Part shown: positions 38,870 through 48,901 of the stretch, one piece after another | Layout: each line of letters opens with the position of its first letter | Numbering within the stretch: the stretch's first letter is position 1 | NCBI GenBank assembly: GCA_963769025.1 | Contig: CAVYKI010000006.1 | Coordinates: 352,001-416,000 of the forward strand | DNA length: 64,000 bases | Source: an uncultured Verrucomicrobiae bacterium | Lineage (GTDB): Bacteria > Verrucomicrobiota > Verrucomicrobiia > Chthoniobacterales > Chthoniobacteraceae | Direction of reading: 5' to 3' | Program-made: the position numbers and the translations under genes | The notes under the pieces: model-generated | What the model saw: only the letters and a program-made list of their open reading frames with translations | Databases searched by the model: none | Told to the model about the DNA's origin: nothing

Positions 38870-41615
38870 ATGCGAATCCTGATTGTTGATGACGAGGCGG
38901 GCGTTCTCCAGGCGCTCATGGCAATAGTGAAGGCAATTCCCGGCCACGAGGTGCGGGTCGCTGCCAGCGCGCAAAAGGCGCACGAGCACGCGGCTGCGCT
39001 GGGCGGCGTGGATCTGCTGATCACCGACGTGGTGATGGATCCGACGGATGGCTTCACGTTGCGCGCGGAAATGCAGGGACTCTATCCGGAATTGCAGGCC
39101 GTCTTCATCAGCGGTTACGACCTGACGGAATACGCGGAGCAGACTGCCGGGACGCCAGTCCTCGCGAAACCCGTCGATGCCGACGCGCTGAGGACCGAAA
39201 TCGAAAATGCGGCAGCTCGTCTAGCCGCACCTGCGCCCGCTCCCGTCGCGGCTCCGGTCGCCGTTTCCGCGCCGCAGCCGGCTGTCGCCGCGGTGCAGCC
39301 GGTCGCCGCGGCAACTCCAACCGTGCGGGCGGTGCCGCAAGGGATGCCAGTCGCTGCGGTCGCGCAACCGACGGTCCGCGCAGTCCCGCAAGCGTCTCCG
39401 GCTGCCGTTCCTTCGGCTGTGCCGCGTGCGGCGGCTGTCCCGGCTGCTCCGACCGCGCAGCCGGCGGCGCGCGCAGTCCCGCAGGCGACGCCTGCAGCCG
39501 TGCCCTCCGCCGCCCCGCGTGCAGTGGCCGCTCCGACCGCACAACCGACCGTGCGGGCTGTCCCGCAAGCGGCTCCTGTCGCCGTGCCTTCCGCGACGCC
39601 GCGTGCCGCTGCTGTCCCGGCTGCTGTCCCGGCTGCTCCGGCTGCGCAGCCGGTGGCCCGCGCAGTCCCGCAAGCGACCCCTGCTGCCGTGCCTTCCGCA
39701 ACGCCGCGTGTCGCCACGGCTCCGGCCGTTGCGACCGCGCAGCCGGTGGTCCCATCCACTCCTGCCGCCCAGCCGACGGCGCGCGCCGCGTCCCCGGTGC
39801 CCGCCGTTCCTGTCGCTCCGCCTCCGGCCGTGCCGCGCGCTGCGACTCACGTGGCGAGCGCGGCAGCAGCGCCAGCCGGACCGCCGGACCCGCTGATTGG
39901 CGTGCAGCTCGGCGACTACCGCGTGCAGCAATTCATCGGCGACGGGAAATGGGGCCGCGTTTACCTGGCGCTGCAGCTCAGCGTGAACCGCCGCGTGGGC
40001 CTGAAGGTCCTGAACCCGGAGCGTGCCGAGGACGAAGGCGTCCGCGCGCAGTTCCTCGCCGACGCGCGGGCCAAGGCCGCGGTGCAGCATCCGTTCATTA
40101 TGTCCGTCTTCGAGGCGGACGAGCGCAACGGACTGGCGTTTTACACGCACGAATTCCTCGACGGCGCGAGCATGGCCGAGCGGATCGAGCGCGGGCAGAA
40201 GCTCGATGAAAAGACGGCGCTCCACGTGATGAAGGTCGCCGGCGAGGGGCTGCAATATCTCTGGTCGCACAATCTCTCCCACGCGCCGATCGAGGCCGAC
40301 AGCCTGCGCCTCGGCGCGGACAACATCGCCCGCATGGCAAATATCGCGGTTGCCGATGCGGACCCGTCCGTGACGGTCGAGCAGGAGCTTTTCACGGTCG
40401 GGACCATCATCCAACAGCTCACGCACGAGAACCTCATTTCCGGCGGCCTCCGCGCGCTGCTCGCCCGCATGACCGGTGGCCCGAACCCCGTGACCGGCTG
40501 GCCGGTGGTGCTCCAGGCCGTGAAGGCGCTCGAGCCAAAGGTGATCCCCGTAGAGGCCGCGAAGATGAAGGCGGCGGACGCGGCGGCGATGCGCGCGGTG
40601 GAGGCGGCCCGCAAGGCAAAGAAGCGGGCGCTTTACATCAGCGTCGCCACGCTGAGCGCGCTGGTGCTGATCCTCGGCGTCGTGGTTTACCGCTACGTCC
40701 TTACCAACGCGCGGCAGCTCGATGCCCAGGTGCAGATTCCTGCGGGCAGCTACAGGGTGGGCGAGGCCGGGAACCACGGCGGAGCTGGGCGCCTTCGAGA
40801 TCGACAAGTACGAAGTCAGCATCAACGAGTACGCCAAGTTCATCGCATGGTGCGAAAAGAATCCCTCCCAGGAGCATGAGTTCGACCACCCGCGGGGCGA
40901 GCGGAGGCTCTCGCACGTCACCGACGAGGTGAAGACACTCATCCTGAACGCCGCCGTCCGCGGCGGGCGGGTCTTCAAGCAGGAAGGGAATCCGACCCTC
41001 AACGTGCCCTCGGATCCGGGCGTGGAGATCGACCTGAACAGCCCGATGGTGGGCGTCACTTTCTGGAGCGCGTATGCCTATGCGAAGTGGCGGGGAAAAG
41101 TCGTCGAGAACGGCGCGGTGCGCGACCTTCCCACCGAGGAGGAATGGGAGGCCGCCGCGCGCGGCAAGAAGGGCTTCAAGTACCCGTGGGGCGATGAGCT
41201 GAAGCTCAAGAATTTCAACTCGAACCAAGGCTACATGCCGCTCGTTCCGGGCAGCAAGAAGACGGACGACGGCGCGAATTATTGGGCTGCGGTGGATGCG
41301 TTCGGCAATGACGTCAGCGAATTCGGAGTCGTGGGAATGGCGGGCAATGTCTGCGAGTGGGTCTATCGCAAGGAGGGCAACAAGGAGATCCCGCTGCTCA
41401 AGGGCGGTTCCTTTGCGAGCGATCCGATCCCGATGTGGGGCCGCATCCTGAAAATTCCCGCGGACGACGCGTGGTTTGTGTGGCCCGCGGCGAACAAGCC
41501 GAAGGGAAACATGCCGCCGTCGCCGGGGGCGACCAGCCGCTATTACGTGGGTGACGATGTCACCGCATCCTTTCGCTCGCTGTATGTCGGATTCCGCACC
41601 GTTAAGCGCAAATAG
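38870..41615 (+). CDS. Fusion: receiver domain - Ala/Pro repeat linker - degenerate Ser/Thr kinase - TM - FGE/SUMF1-sulfatase domain; one apparent +1 frameshift at ~40770
   Basis: ILIVDDE/LITDVVM/FISGY/AKP; IGDGKWGRVY, VGLKVL; TM helix; FEIDKYEVS, LPTEEEWEAAARG, YPWG, MAGNVCEW, VGFRTV. Confidence 0.85.
39240..39880 (+). repeat. Coding tandem repeats, ~28-34 aa units (AQP.[VA]RAVPQA.PAAVPSA.PRA)
   Basis: At least four near-identical units, e.g. GCAGTCCCGCAAGCG...GCCGTGCCTTCCGC. Confidence 0.9.
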
Positions 41616-41621
41616 AAGCAA

Positions 41622-42494
41622 ATGAAGCCCCTGAACCGCCTCGCACTCCTGGTCCTCTTCGTGGGACTCCTTTCCTCCGCGAGCGCGCAGCTCGAGGTCG
41701 GCCTGGAAATGAAACGCCACATTTTCATGCGCGGTGAGCCGGTCGAGGCGACCGTCACCATCCGGAATCTCGCCGGCAAGGACGTGATCCTGCGCGACGC
41801 GGCCGGCAACCAGTGGTTCAGCTTTGAGATCATCAAGAGCGACACGCCGATCGGCCCGTTTGACCCCGACTACAAAAACGAACCGCTGGTCGTCCTCAGC
41901 GGCGCTTCCGTCCGCCGTAGCGTGGACCTGCTGAAGCTCTACCCGGTCAACGAATACGGGACATACTCCGTCCGTGCGGCGATCTATTTTGAGGAGACGA
42001 AAAAGTATATCTCATCCGGCTCGCTGAAAGTGGACATCAGCGACGGGCGGAAGCTCTGGACGCAGACCGTCGGCGTGCCGGCCGCGCAGGAAGGATCCGG
42101 CGAATACCGCGTGGTGTCGCTGCTCTCCTTCCAGCGGCCGAAGGAAATGACCATCTACGCCCGCGTCGAGGATGACCGGACGGGCGCCATCTTCGGCACC
42201 TATCCGCTCGGACGCATGGTGGCCGGCACGAATGTGGCGCATGAATTCGACCGGGATAATACGCTGCACGTCTTCCACATGGTCGGCCCCGGCCAGTACT
42301 ATCTCTCGAAAATCGGCGTGAACGGCGAGTGGCTCGGCCAGACCGTGTGGCATGCCGGCAAGGGCCGCGCGACCGTGCGCAAAAAGGAGGACGGACGCCT
42401 GGTCATCGTCGGCGCGACCCGCACCGCCGAGACGCCGCAGCCCGGCCCGGAGGTCCCGAGGCTCAGCGACCGCCCGATGGCGCTCCCGAAGTAA
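41622..42494 (+). CDS. Secreted hypothetical protein (beta-rich)
   Basis: Signal peptide ending SASAQ; starts 6 nt after the fusion gene; typical codon usage. Confidence 0.8.
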   Translation: MKPLNRLALLVLFVGLLSSASAQLEVGLEMKRHIFMRGEPVEATVTIRNLAGKDVILRDAAGNQWFSFEIIKSDTPIGPFDPDYKNEPLVVLSGASVRRSVDLLKLYPVNEYGTYSVRAAIYFEETKKYISSGSLKVDISDGRKLWTQTVGVPAAQEGSGEYRVVSLLSFQRPKEMTIYARVEDDRTGAIFGTYPLGRMVAGTNVAHEFDRDNTLHVFHMVGPGQYYLSKIGVNGEWLGQTVWHAGKGRATVRKKEDGRLVIVGATRTAETPQPGPEVPRLSDRPMALPK

Positions 42495-42516
42495 GTTGCC
42501 CGGGAGAATTCGCGCT

Positions 42517-42543
42517 TTGACGCGAGGGCGTTGCGTCTAAGGT
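42517..42543 (+). promoter_or_regulatory. Putative dnaE promoter, possibly giving a leaderless mRNA
   Basis: TTGACG-15 nt-TAAGGT, 7 nt before ATG 42551. Confidence 0.4.
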
Positions 42544-42550
42544 CGAGGTG

Positions 42551-45500
42551 ATGTCCGACAGTTTCGTCCACCTCCATTGCCATACTGAATTCTCCACGCT
42601 CGACGGCATGGTGCGCGTCGATGCCGCGGTAAAACAGGCGAAGGCCATGGGCATGCCGGCGCTGGCCATCACCGACCATGGCGCGATGTATGGCGCGGTG
42701 GAATTTTACCAGAAGTGCAACAAGGAGGGCATCAAGCCCATCATCGGCTGCGAGGTGTATGTCGCGCCGGATTCGCACACGAAAAAGTCCGCGACCTCGC
42801 AAAAGGAATCGTCGTTCCACCTCACGCTGCTCGCGTCCGACGAGCAGGGGTATCGCAATCTGGTGAAGCTCGTCTCCACGGCGCACCTCGACGGCTTTTA
42901 CTACAAGCCGCGCATCGACAAGGAACTGCTCGCGCAGCACGCGCAGGGAATCATCGGCTTGAGCGGCTGCCTGAAGGGCGAGGTGCCGTACGCGATCCAT
43001 GCGGAGGACAATCTCGCGAAGGCCGCGGAGCTCGCGGCGACGTATCGGGACATTCTCGGGCGGGAGAATTATTTCCTGGAGCTGTCCGACCACGGCATCG
43101 AGGCGCAGCGGAAGGTGAACGCGCAGCTCCCGAAGCTCGCGCGCGATCTCGGGCGTCGGTCTCGTGGCGACGAATGATGTGCATTTCCTGAAAAAGGAGG
43201 ACCACGGCGCGCACGACGTGCTCGTGTGCATCGGCACCGGCGCGAAGGTCTCGGACGAGAAGCGCATGAAGTACGTGAACGAGGTGTACTTCAAATCGCC
43301 GGCGGAAATGCGCGCGCTGTTCGCGGACTTTTCCGGCGCGTGCGACAACACGCTGGCCATCGCCGAGCGGTGCGGCTTCAAGCTCGACACCTCGCCGAAG
43401 TTCCCAAACTACCAGCCGCCCGAGGGCAGGGACCGCAACGAGTACCTGCGCGAAATCACCGAGGCCGGCCTGCGCCGCCGCTACGGCGCGGATGCAGACA
43501 GCGAGGCGGTGCGCCGCCGGTATGAACTGGAAATCGGCGTGCTCGAGGCGCAGGGCTTCGTAAACTATTTCCTGATCGTCTGGGACTTCATCAACTGGGC
43601 GCGGGAGCAGGGAATCCCGGTCGGGCCCGGTCGCGGTTCGGCGGCAGGCTCGATCATCGCCTACGCGATGGGCATCACGGACATCGACCCGCTGAAGTTC
43701 AAGCTGCTCTTCGAGCGCTTCCTGAATCCCGAGCGCGTCTCGCCGCCGGATATCGACGTGGATTTTTGCCAGAACCGCCGCGGCGAGGTGATCGACTACG
43801 TCAAAAGGAAATACGGCGAACGTGCCGTGGCGCAGATCATCACCTTCGGCACGCTCGGCGCGAAGTCCGTGATCCGCGACGTGTCCCGCGTGCTCGACTG
43901 GAACTACGCGACGCCGACCGCATCGCGAAGATGATCCCGAACGAACTCGGCATCACGCTCGCGGGCTACGAGGGAAAGAACAAGGACACCGGCGCGGAGG
44001 AGCATGTCCCCGGCGCGATCGACAAGAATCCCGAGCTCGCGCAGGCGGTGAAGACCGACCCGAACACCGCGCAGATGTGGGAGGCCGCTACGAAGCTCGA
44101 GGGGCTCACGCGCGGCGTCGGCGTGCATGCGGCGGGCGTGGTCATCAGCGATCGCGACCTCAGCGAATACATCCCGCTCACGCGGGCGAACGACGGATCG
44201 ATCGTGAGCCAGTACGCGATGGGTGCGCTCGGCGACGTGGGCATGCTGAAGTGCGACTTTCTCGGACTGAAGACGCTCACGGTCATCCAGGATGCCGTCG
44301 CGCTGATCCACAAGCACACTCCCGCCTTCAACATCGACACGATCCCGTTCGACGACGAGGCGACGTTCAACATTTACAACCGCGGCGAGACGGTCGCGGT
44401 GTTCCAGGTCGAGTCCGGCGGCATGACGGGCTGGGCGAAGCAGTTCGACGTGCGGAGCATCGAGGACATCAACGCGCTCATCGCACTCTACCGGCCGGGC
44501 CCGATGGACCTCATCCCCGACTACGTGAAGCGCAAGAAGGGCCTCGCGAAGGTGCGGGCGCCGCACAAGCTGCTCGATGAAGTGACGAGCGAAACGTACG
44601 GCGTGCTCATCTACCAGGAGCAGGTCATGCAGGCCGCGCAGGTGCTCGCCGGCTACACGCTCGGCGCCGCCGATCTCCTGCGCCGCGCAATGGGCAAAAA
44701 GGACAAGAAGAAGATGGCGGAGGAGCGCGTGAAATTTTGCGAAGGCGCGGCAACGCTGCACGGAATCAAGGAGGCGAAGGCGAACGAGGTCTTCGATACG
44801 CTGGAGAAATTCGCCGGCTACGGATTCAACCGCTCGCACTCCGCCGCCTACGCGTGGCTCAGCTACCAGACGGGATTCCTGAAGGCGAATTACCCGGTGG
44901 AATTCATGGCCGCGGTGATGAGCAACGAAGTCTCGAACACGGACAAGATCAGCATTTTCGTCGCGGAATGCGAACGGCTGGGAATCCGCATCCTGCCGCC
45001 GGACATCAACAAGAGCGGGCTGAAATTCGAGCCGGACCACGTGGATACGGCCGGCGTCGAAGCGGCAAAGGCCGCGCGCAAAACCGCGCTCGCCCAGGCA
45101 GCGAAGCCGGGAGAGGACGAGTACCCGGACATTGCGCCGGACATCGAACCGGATTCAGGCGTTCGCTTCGAGGATATGCCCGTCGGAGAGAAGAAGAACG
45201 GAGCTGCCGGAGTGGCGGATGCCGCACCGCCGCCAACGGACGAACGGCTCCACCTCGGGGCGATCCGATACGGCCTCGCAGCGATCAAAAACGTCGGCGA
45301 GTCTGCGATGGAATCGGCAATGAGCGAGCGCGCACGTGGTGGACCGTTTGCGGGCATCGAGGATTTCTGCGCGCGCGTGGATGGAAAGCGGATCAGCAAG
45401 AAGGCCATCGAATGCCTCGTAAAGTCCGGAGCATTCGACGAGTTCGGCGCGGATCGTGCGACGATGTTTGCAGGCATCGAAGGCGCGATGGCCGCGGCGG

Positions 45501-46219
45501 CGAGTGCGCACCGAGACCGTGCGGCCGGGCAGGTTTCGCTTTTTGGTGACATGGGAACGGTCGCGAAATCCGCGCCGGCCCGGAATGTCGCACTGGTCCC
45601 GCCGTGGAGCCTCACGGAGAAGCTCGGCTTTGAAAAGGAGCTGCTCGGTTTTTACGTGACCGGTCATCCGCTCGACGAGTATCGCAGCGCGCTGGAGAAC
45701 CCGAAATTCGTCCCCATCGCGCGCCTCGCCGTGCAGGAAAACAAGAGCACCGTGACCGTGGCCGGACAGCTCGCGTCCGTGGAGCGGCGCTTCACGAAGA
45801 AGGACGGGAAGCCATTTGCCATCGTCGTGATCGAAGATCTCACGGATCAAATCGAAGTGATGGTCTGGAACGAAGCGTATGTGCGCGCGCAAAAGCTTCT
45901 CGAGCCCGGCGCCGTGGTCTCGATCACCGGGCGGCTCGATCTCCGCGAGGACGGACCGCGCATCAGCGCCGAAGACGTGAAGCCGCTCAAGAAACCGGGC
46001 GCGGATGAGAAGCCGCTTGTGCTCAAACTCGACACTGCGAGTGCCACGGAAGGCGACCTTTTGAAAATCCGCGAGACGCTCGTGCGCCATCCGGGGACGC
46101 GGCGCGTCGAACTGCTCGTCACCCGCGGCGGGGCGCTGGCGCGTGTCGTCTTCCCGGCGGAATTCCGAATCACGCTCAGCGAGGCCGCCAGGGAGGAACT
46201 CGCGCAGTGGCTGCGCTAG
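42551..46219 (+). CDS. dnaE: DNA polymerase III alpha subunit; two apparent frameshifts (+1 at ~43152, -1 at ~43909)
   Basis: [26 protein letters not shown] (PHP); [45 protein letters not shown] fold. Confidence 0.96.
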
Positions 46220-47193
46220 CGGTGGTGGGGCGCGCGGTGTGCGCCGTTGCATTCCTCCTGCTCGGCGGTCTGTCTCGGACGGACGCCGGCACGGTCATCG
46301 AGAACGTTCCGGGTCAGGCGGTGTTTTCATTTGAGTACCGCGGGGCGACGGATTTCAGCGGGCTCACATGGGCTGGCGGCAGCGATTACTTCACGGTTTC
46401 GGACAAGGTGAAGGCGGTCTTTCCCATGAACATCGCGATCGAGGAGGGGAGCGGACGGATTCTCAGCGCGTCCATCGGAACCGCGATTCCGGTGAAGACG
46501 AAACTTTCCGACTTCGAGGGCATCGCCTTCGTGGGCGACAGGCGGCAGGTGTACGTCAGCGCCGAAAAAGGCGACGGGATCTTCGGTTTCGATCTGCGGA
46601 AACGCAGCGTGATCCCCGTCGCGGTGCCGCCCATCTTTTCCAAGGCCCGCAACAACAAGAGCCTCGAATCCCTGACCTATGATGCGACGGTCGGGAACTT
46701 TTGGACGGCCAACGAGGAGGCGCTCAAATGCGACGGCCCGCTGAGTTCGCGCGAAGCCGGCACGGTCGTGCGGCTCCAGCGATTTGACGGGCGCTTCCGG
46801 CCAGCCGGCCAGTTTGCCTATGTCACCGAGACGTCGGCGTTCCGCGTGCCCGGAGGCGGGACAGGGGTGAGCGACCTTGCGCTCCTGCCGAATGGAGAGT
46901 TGCTCGTGCTCGAGCGCGTCGTCGGCAATTTCGGCCTGTCGGCGGAAATATTCCGCGCGGAACTGCGAGGCGCGACGGATGTCTCGGCGGTCCCGGCGCT
47001 CAATGACGTGAAGTACACCGCCTCGGGAAAGACGCGGCTTTTCAGCCGGACGACGCTCTCAAACAATTTCGAGGGCATCGCCCTCGGGCCGGTGCTGGCT
47101 GGCGGCTGGCGCAGCCTCATCCTCATCGCGGACAGCGGCGGCGGCACCACGCACTGCCTCATGCCGCTGCGGATCCGCTGGAGCGGCAAATAG
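46207..47193 (+). CDS. Esterase-like activity of phytase family (beta-propeller) secreted protein
   Basis: FSGLTW..VSD, DFEGIA, NNKSLESL, GVSDL, VLER, NFEGIALG. Confidence 0.8.
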   Translation: MAALAVVGRAVCAVAFLLLGGLSRTDAGTVIENVPGQAVFSFEYRGATDFSGLTWAGGSDYFTVSDKVKAVFPMNIAIEEGSGRILSASIGTAIPVKTKLSDFEGIAFVGDRRQVYVSAEKGDGIFGFDLRKRSVIPVAVPPIFSKARNNKSLESLTYDATVGNFWTANEEALKCDGPLSSREAGTVVRLQRFDGRFRPAGQFAYVTETSAFRVPGGGTGVSDLALLPNGELLVLERVVGNFGLSAEIFRAELRGATDVSAVPALNDVKYTASGKTRLFSRTTLSNNFEGIALGPVLAGGWRSLILIADSGGGTTHCLMPLRIRWSGK

Positions 47194-47240
47194 CAGCCGC
47201 GCCTTGCGTTGCACGCCCGTCTCCGGCATTTCACCGCGCC

Positions 47241-48896
47241 ATGCTTGTTTCAATGCGCATCCGCAACCTCGCCCTCGTCGAGGAACTCGAGTGGCAGCCC
47301 GGCCCCGGCTTCGTCGCGATCACCGGCGAGACGGGTTCCGGGAAAAGCATCATTGTGGGTGCGCTGAAGCTCGTGCTTGGCGAACGCGCCGACAAATCGC
47401 TCATCCGCAGCGGGGCGGAGAGCTGCTCGGTGGAGGCGGTGTTTCAGCCGGCCGATGCGAAGACACTCAACGCTTGGCTGGAAGGGCAGGGGATCGAGCC
47501 ATGCGAGGACGGGCAGCTCATCGTGAAACGCGTCTTTGCCACCGCGGGGACCAACCGCCAGTTCATCAACGGCAGCGCGACGACGCTGAACGTGCTCAAG
47601 GAACTCGGCGACGGGCTCGTTGATCTGCACGGGCCGCACGACCACCAGTCCCTGCTCTCGAACGAACGCCAGCTCGATCTGCTGGACTCCTTTGCCGGCG
47701 CGGAGGCGCTGCGCGGGAAATTTGAGGAGCAATACCGGACGGTGAACCGGCTGACCGCCGAGCGGGAGGAACTGGCGGGCAACGAAGCGGCGCTGGAGCG
47801 GGAGGCGGACCTGCTCCGGCATCAGGTGAATGAAATCGAAGCCGCGAGGCTGCGCGCCGACGAGGAGGAGGAAACCGTCGGAAGGTATCACACCGCGTCG
47901 AACAGCCGCCGCCTGCTCGAACTTTGCAACGGTGCGATCGGGCGCCTGTCGGAGTCGGATGACTCCGCAATCACGCGTCTGAACGAAGTCGGCAGGCTCC
48001 TTCGCGATCTCGAGCGTGTGGATCCGGCGACGAAGCGGTTTTCCGATTCGCTCATCCGCGGCCTCGCGGAGATCGGCGATTTGGCCGGCGGCCTTTCTCG
48101 CTATGCGGAGGAACTGGACATCGAGCCCGCGGCGCTCGCGGAACTCGAGGAGCGCGTGTCCCTGTTCGAGACGCTGAAGCGGAAGTACGGCGGCAGCCTC
48201 GGGGAAGTGATCGCATTCGGCGCGGAGGCCGCGGCCCGGCTCAACCGGATTGATTCGCGTGCCGGGGAACTCGAACGGCTGGCCGGGGAGATTGCATCGC
48301 AGCGAAAGGCGATGATGGACTCTGCCCGGAAGCTTTCCGCGAAGCGCGCCGCCGCCGCGCCCAAGCTCGCAGCCGCAGTGACGGGGCATCTGCGCGATCT
48401 CGGATTCAAGAAATCGGACTTCACCGTCGCGCTCACGGTCGCTGCGGAGCCGGGTCCGCACGGGATGGAATCGGTCGAATTTGTTTTCGCCCCAAATCCT
48501 GGCGAGCCGGCCAAGCCGCTGAAGGCGATCGCGAGCAGCGGCGAAATTTCCCGCGTGATGCTGGCCGTAAAGTCCGCGCTGGCTGCGCAGGACACGATTG
48601 CGCTGCTTGTCTTCGACGAAATCGACGCAAACGTTGGCGGCGAGATCGCACATGCGGTCGGCGCGAAGATGAAGGCCGTTTCCGCCGAGCGCCAGGTGCT
48701 CGCGATCACGCATCTCCCGCAGGTCGCGGCGGCGGCGCGGACGCAGTTTGTCGTCACGAAGGATTTCACCGGCGGGCGGACCGTTTCCAGTCTCACTGGA
48801 GTCGAGGGCAAGGCCCGCGCGGCGGAGATTGCGCGGATGCTCGGCGGCAAAGGCGACTCGGCTCTAGCCCACGCGAAGACGCTGCTGGCCGGGTAG
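47241..48896 (+). CDS. recN: DNA repair protein RecN
   Basis: ITGETGSGKS Walker A, HGPHDHQ, ASSGEISRVMLA, FDEIDANVGG, ITHLPQVA. Confidence 0.97.
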   Translation: MLVSMRIRNLALVEELEWQPGPGFVAITGETGSGKSIIVGALKLVLGERADKSLIRSGAESCSVEAVFQPADAKTLNAWLEGQGIEPCEDGQLIVKRVFATAGTNRQFINGSATTLNVLKELGDGLVDLHGPHDHQSLLSNERQLDLLDSFAGAEALRGKFEEQYRTVNRLTAEREELAGNEAALEREADLLRHQVNEIEAARLRADEEEETVGRYHTASNSRRLLELCNGAIGRLSESDDSAITRLNEVGRLLRDLERVDPATKRFSDSLIRGLAEIGDLAGGLSRYAEELDIEPAALAELEERVSLFETLKRKYGGSLGEVIAFGAEAAARLNRIDSRAGELERLAGEIASQRKAMMDSARKLSAKRAAAAPKLAAAVTGHLRDLGFKKSDFTVALTVAAEPGPHGMESVEFVFAPNPGEPAKPLKAIASSGEISRVMLAVKSALAAQDTIALLVFDEIDANVGGEIAHAVGAKMKAVSAERQVLAITHLPQVAAAARTQFVVTKDFTGGRTVSSLTGVEGKARAAEIARMLGGKGDSALAHAKTLLAG

Positions 48897-48901
48897 GGCG
48901 G

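Noticed and set aside
39240..39880. Possible CRISPR array
   Set aside because: The repeats are in-frame, degenerate at third codon positions and lack unique spacers; no cas genes are in the window.
40770..41615. FGE-domain protein as a diversity-generating retroelement target
   Set aside because: No reverse transcriptase and no template/variable repeat pair differing at adenines was seen in the window.
42551..46219. Programmed frameshifting, a split gene or an intein in dnaE
   Set aside because: No slippery heptamer or intein termini. The breaks match the single-base error pattern seen in four unrelated genes.
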